NCBI GenBank assembly: GCA_047495785.1 | Contig: JBLDXI010000013.1 | Location: 558,001 to 622,000 of the forward strand | Direction: 5' to 3' | Source of the DNA: Lepidodermella squamata | Lineage: Eukaryota; Animalia; Gastrotricha | Length of the DNA: 64,000 nt | Part shown: positions 62,820-64,000 of the stretch, in pieces | How positions within the stretch are numbered: position 1 is the stretch's first letter | Layout of the letters: the number at the start of each line of letters is the position of its first letter | Made by a program: the position numbers and the translations under genes | Notes under the pieces: generated by a model | The model's database searches: none | Told to the model about the DNA's origin: nothing | Seen by the model: only the letters and a program-made list of their open reading frames with translations

Positions 62820-64000
62820 ATGGACTTTGCATTGTCCAAGCAGGTTTCATTCAGCTCCTTAGCAGCTAAGCTTGACGACTTCAAGAACGCCCGTTCGAAG
62901 CAATTCCGGATTGAGCGCTTCACGAAGTTCGTCAGCGAATGGCGAAAGGGTTTGGCTGAACGCCGTCAGTCGCGGGTGCCAATAACCGATGATGACCAGA
63001 TCTTCTGCGTCTTCCGGTTATTGCTCCCTAAGCTGGATTACTCCCGGCCGGCCTATAATTTAGCAGCCAAAAGTCTTCGGAAGCTGATTATGGACGTTTT
63101 AAAGATCCCTGAGACTGTAAGCTTAGCGGTTTTTTCGTTGGTCGTATTTTTACTGTATTCTTATTTAGCACCCTGCCGCAAAAACACTTACGGTCGCTAA
63201 CGATGGCGAGCAGAATGAAGAAATCGTGAATGCTGCCTTGCCGGAGAAAATCGCAGAGGTCGTCGCCAGCATTGTAACCTACCATAAGTCAGACCGGCCG
63301 ATTTCTGTCTTCGAAGTCAATGCCTTTCTGGACAAAATCGTTGCCCTAACGCCCCGGAACGAGTCAGTGAAGGCAGAGTTCTACCATCTGCTTCACAACT
63401 TGCCGCCAAGGGCTGTCTTCTGGCTCGCAGCTATAATGCTGAAGGAGGTCAATTTTGGTTTGCCAGCGCTCGCTGTTCTGGACGTTTACCACCCAGACGC
63501 CAGAACGATGTATCTGCACCAGTGTGACCTCAAAGCTATCTGCGATACTATGGCTGATCGGTCATTGCGATTTTCCTCTGAAGCTCAGCAATGTCGTCCC
63601 ACTCTTTTTTGTCATCCCATGCTGTCTGAACGCTTAAATGTCAACAACGTATGCTAACTAATTGTTGTGTCATGATTTTGTTGAGTGATTTGGAATTCCA
63701 ATAGGCTGTGGAAGTTTTGGCGGGGCATCCTTTCGTTATCGAGACCAAATACGACGGCGAGCGCTTTCAGATCCACAAAAACGGCTCTGTTTTCAAATAT
63801 TTTTCTCGACGGTAAGCGTTTATTGGTGTTATTTCACTATTTCCTTCATTTAATTGTTTTATTAGGGGCTATTCCCAATACACGTCTACTTTTGGTGACT
63901 CGTTTAGCAACGGGACGTTAACACCTGGTCTTCGGGGCGCTTTCGCCGACGATGCCGTTGACCTCATCATCGATTGCGAGATGATGACCTACGACAGCGT
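62820..64000 (+). CDS. LIG4: DNA ligase IV, 5' part (runs off the window)
   Basis: [37 protein letters not shown] and the adenylation motif [20 protein letters not shown]. Confidence 0.92.

Overview
Gene-dense eukaryotic DNA, most likely from a compact-genome invertebrate. Spliceosomal introns are mostly 40-70 nt, CpG is abundant, and ciliary, chitin-binding and galaxin-like genes are present; the taxon cannot be named from the sequence. Recognisable genes in order: PSKH1-like kinase, SS18, Scratch zinc finger, a Sel1-repeat membrane protein, two paralogous secreted 10-Cys proteins, LDHD, GOT2, SUGP1, GNPDA, a galaxin/mucin-like protein, a lectin-CUB single-pass receptor, COG8, PFN4, a SEA plus chitin-binding protein, IFT74, MOSMO, a small securin-like ORF, MEAK7 and the 5' part of LIG4. 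An apparently intact ~8 kb autonomous Helitron (about 51.3-59.3 kb) encodes a spliced Rep/PIF1 helicase and its own two-OB-fold RPA70-like gene. Most notable observations: (i) GNPDA-SUGP1-GOT2-LDHD are co-oriented, and at two junctions the only AATAAA lies 35-40 nt before the next gene's splice acceptor, while most genes have an acceptor just before the ATG, suggesting operons resolved by spliced-leader trans-splicing; (ii) a ~3.4 kb ORF-free, CpG-poor, T-skewed island that may be a C-to-T hypermutated F-box-like gene; (iii) the RPA-carrying Helitron. All exon boundaries and counts were made by eye and need computational confirmation.
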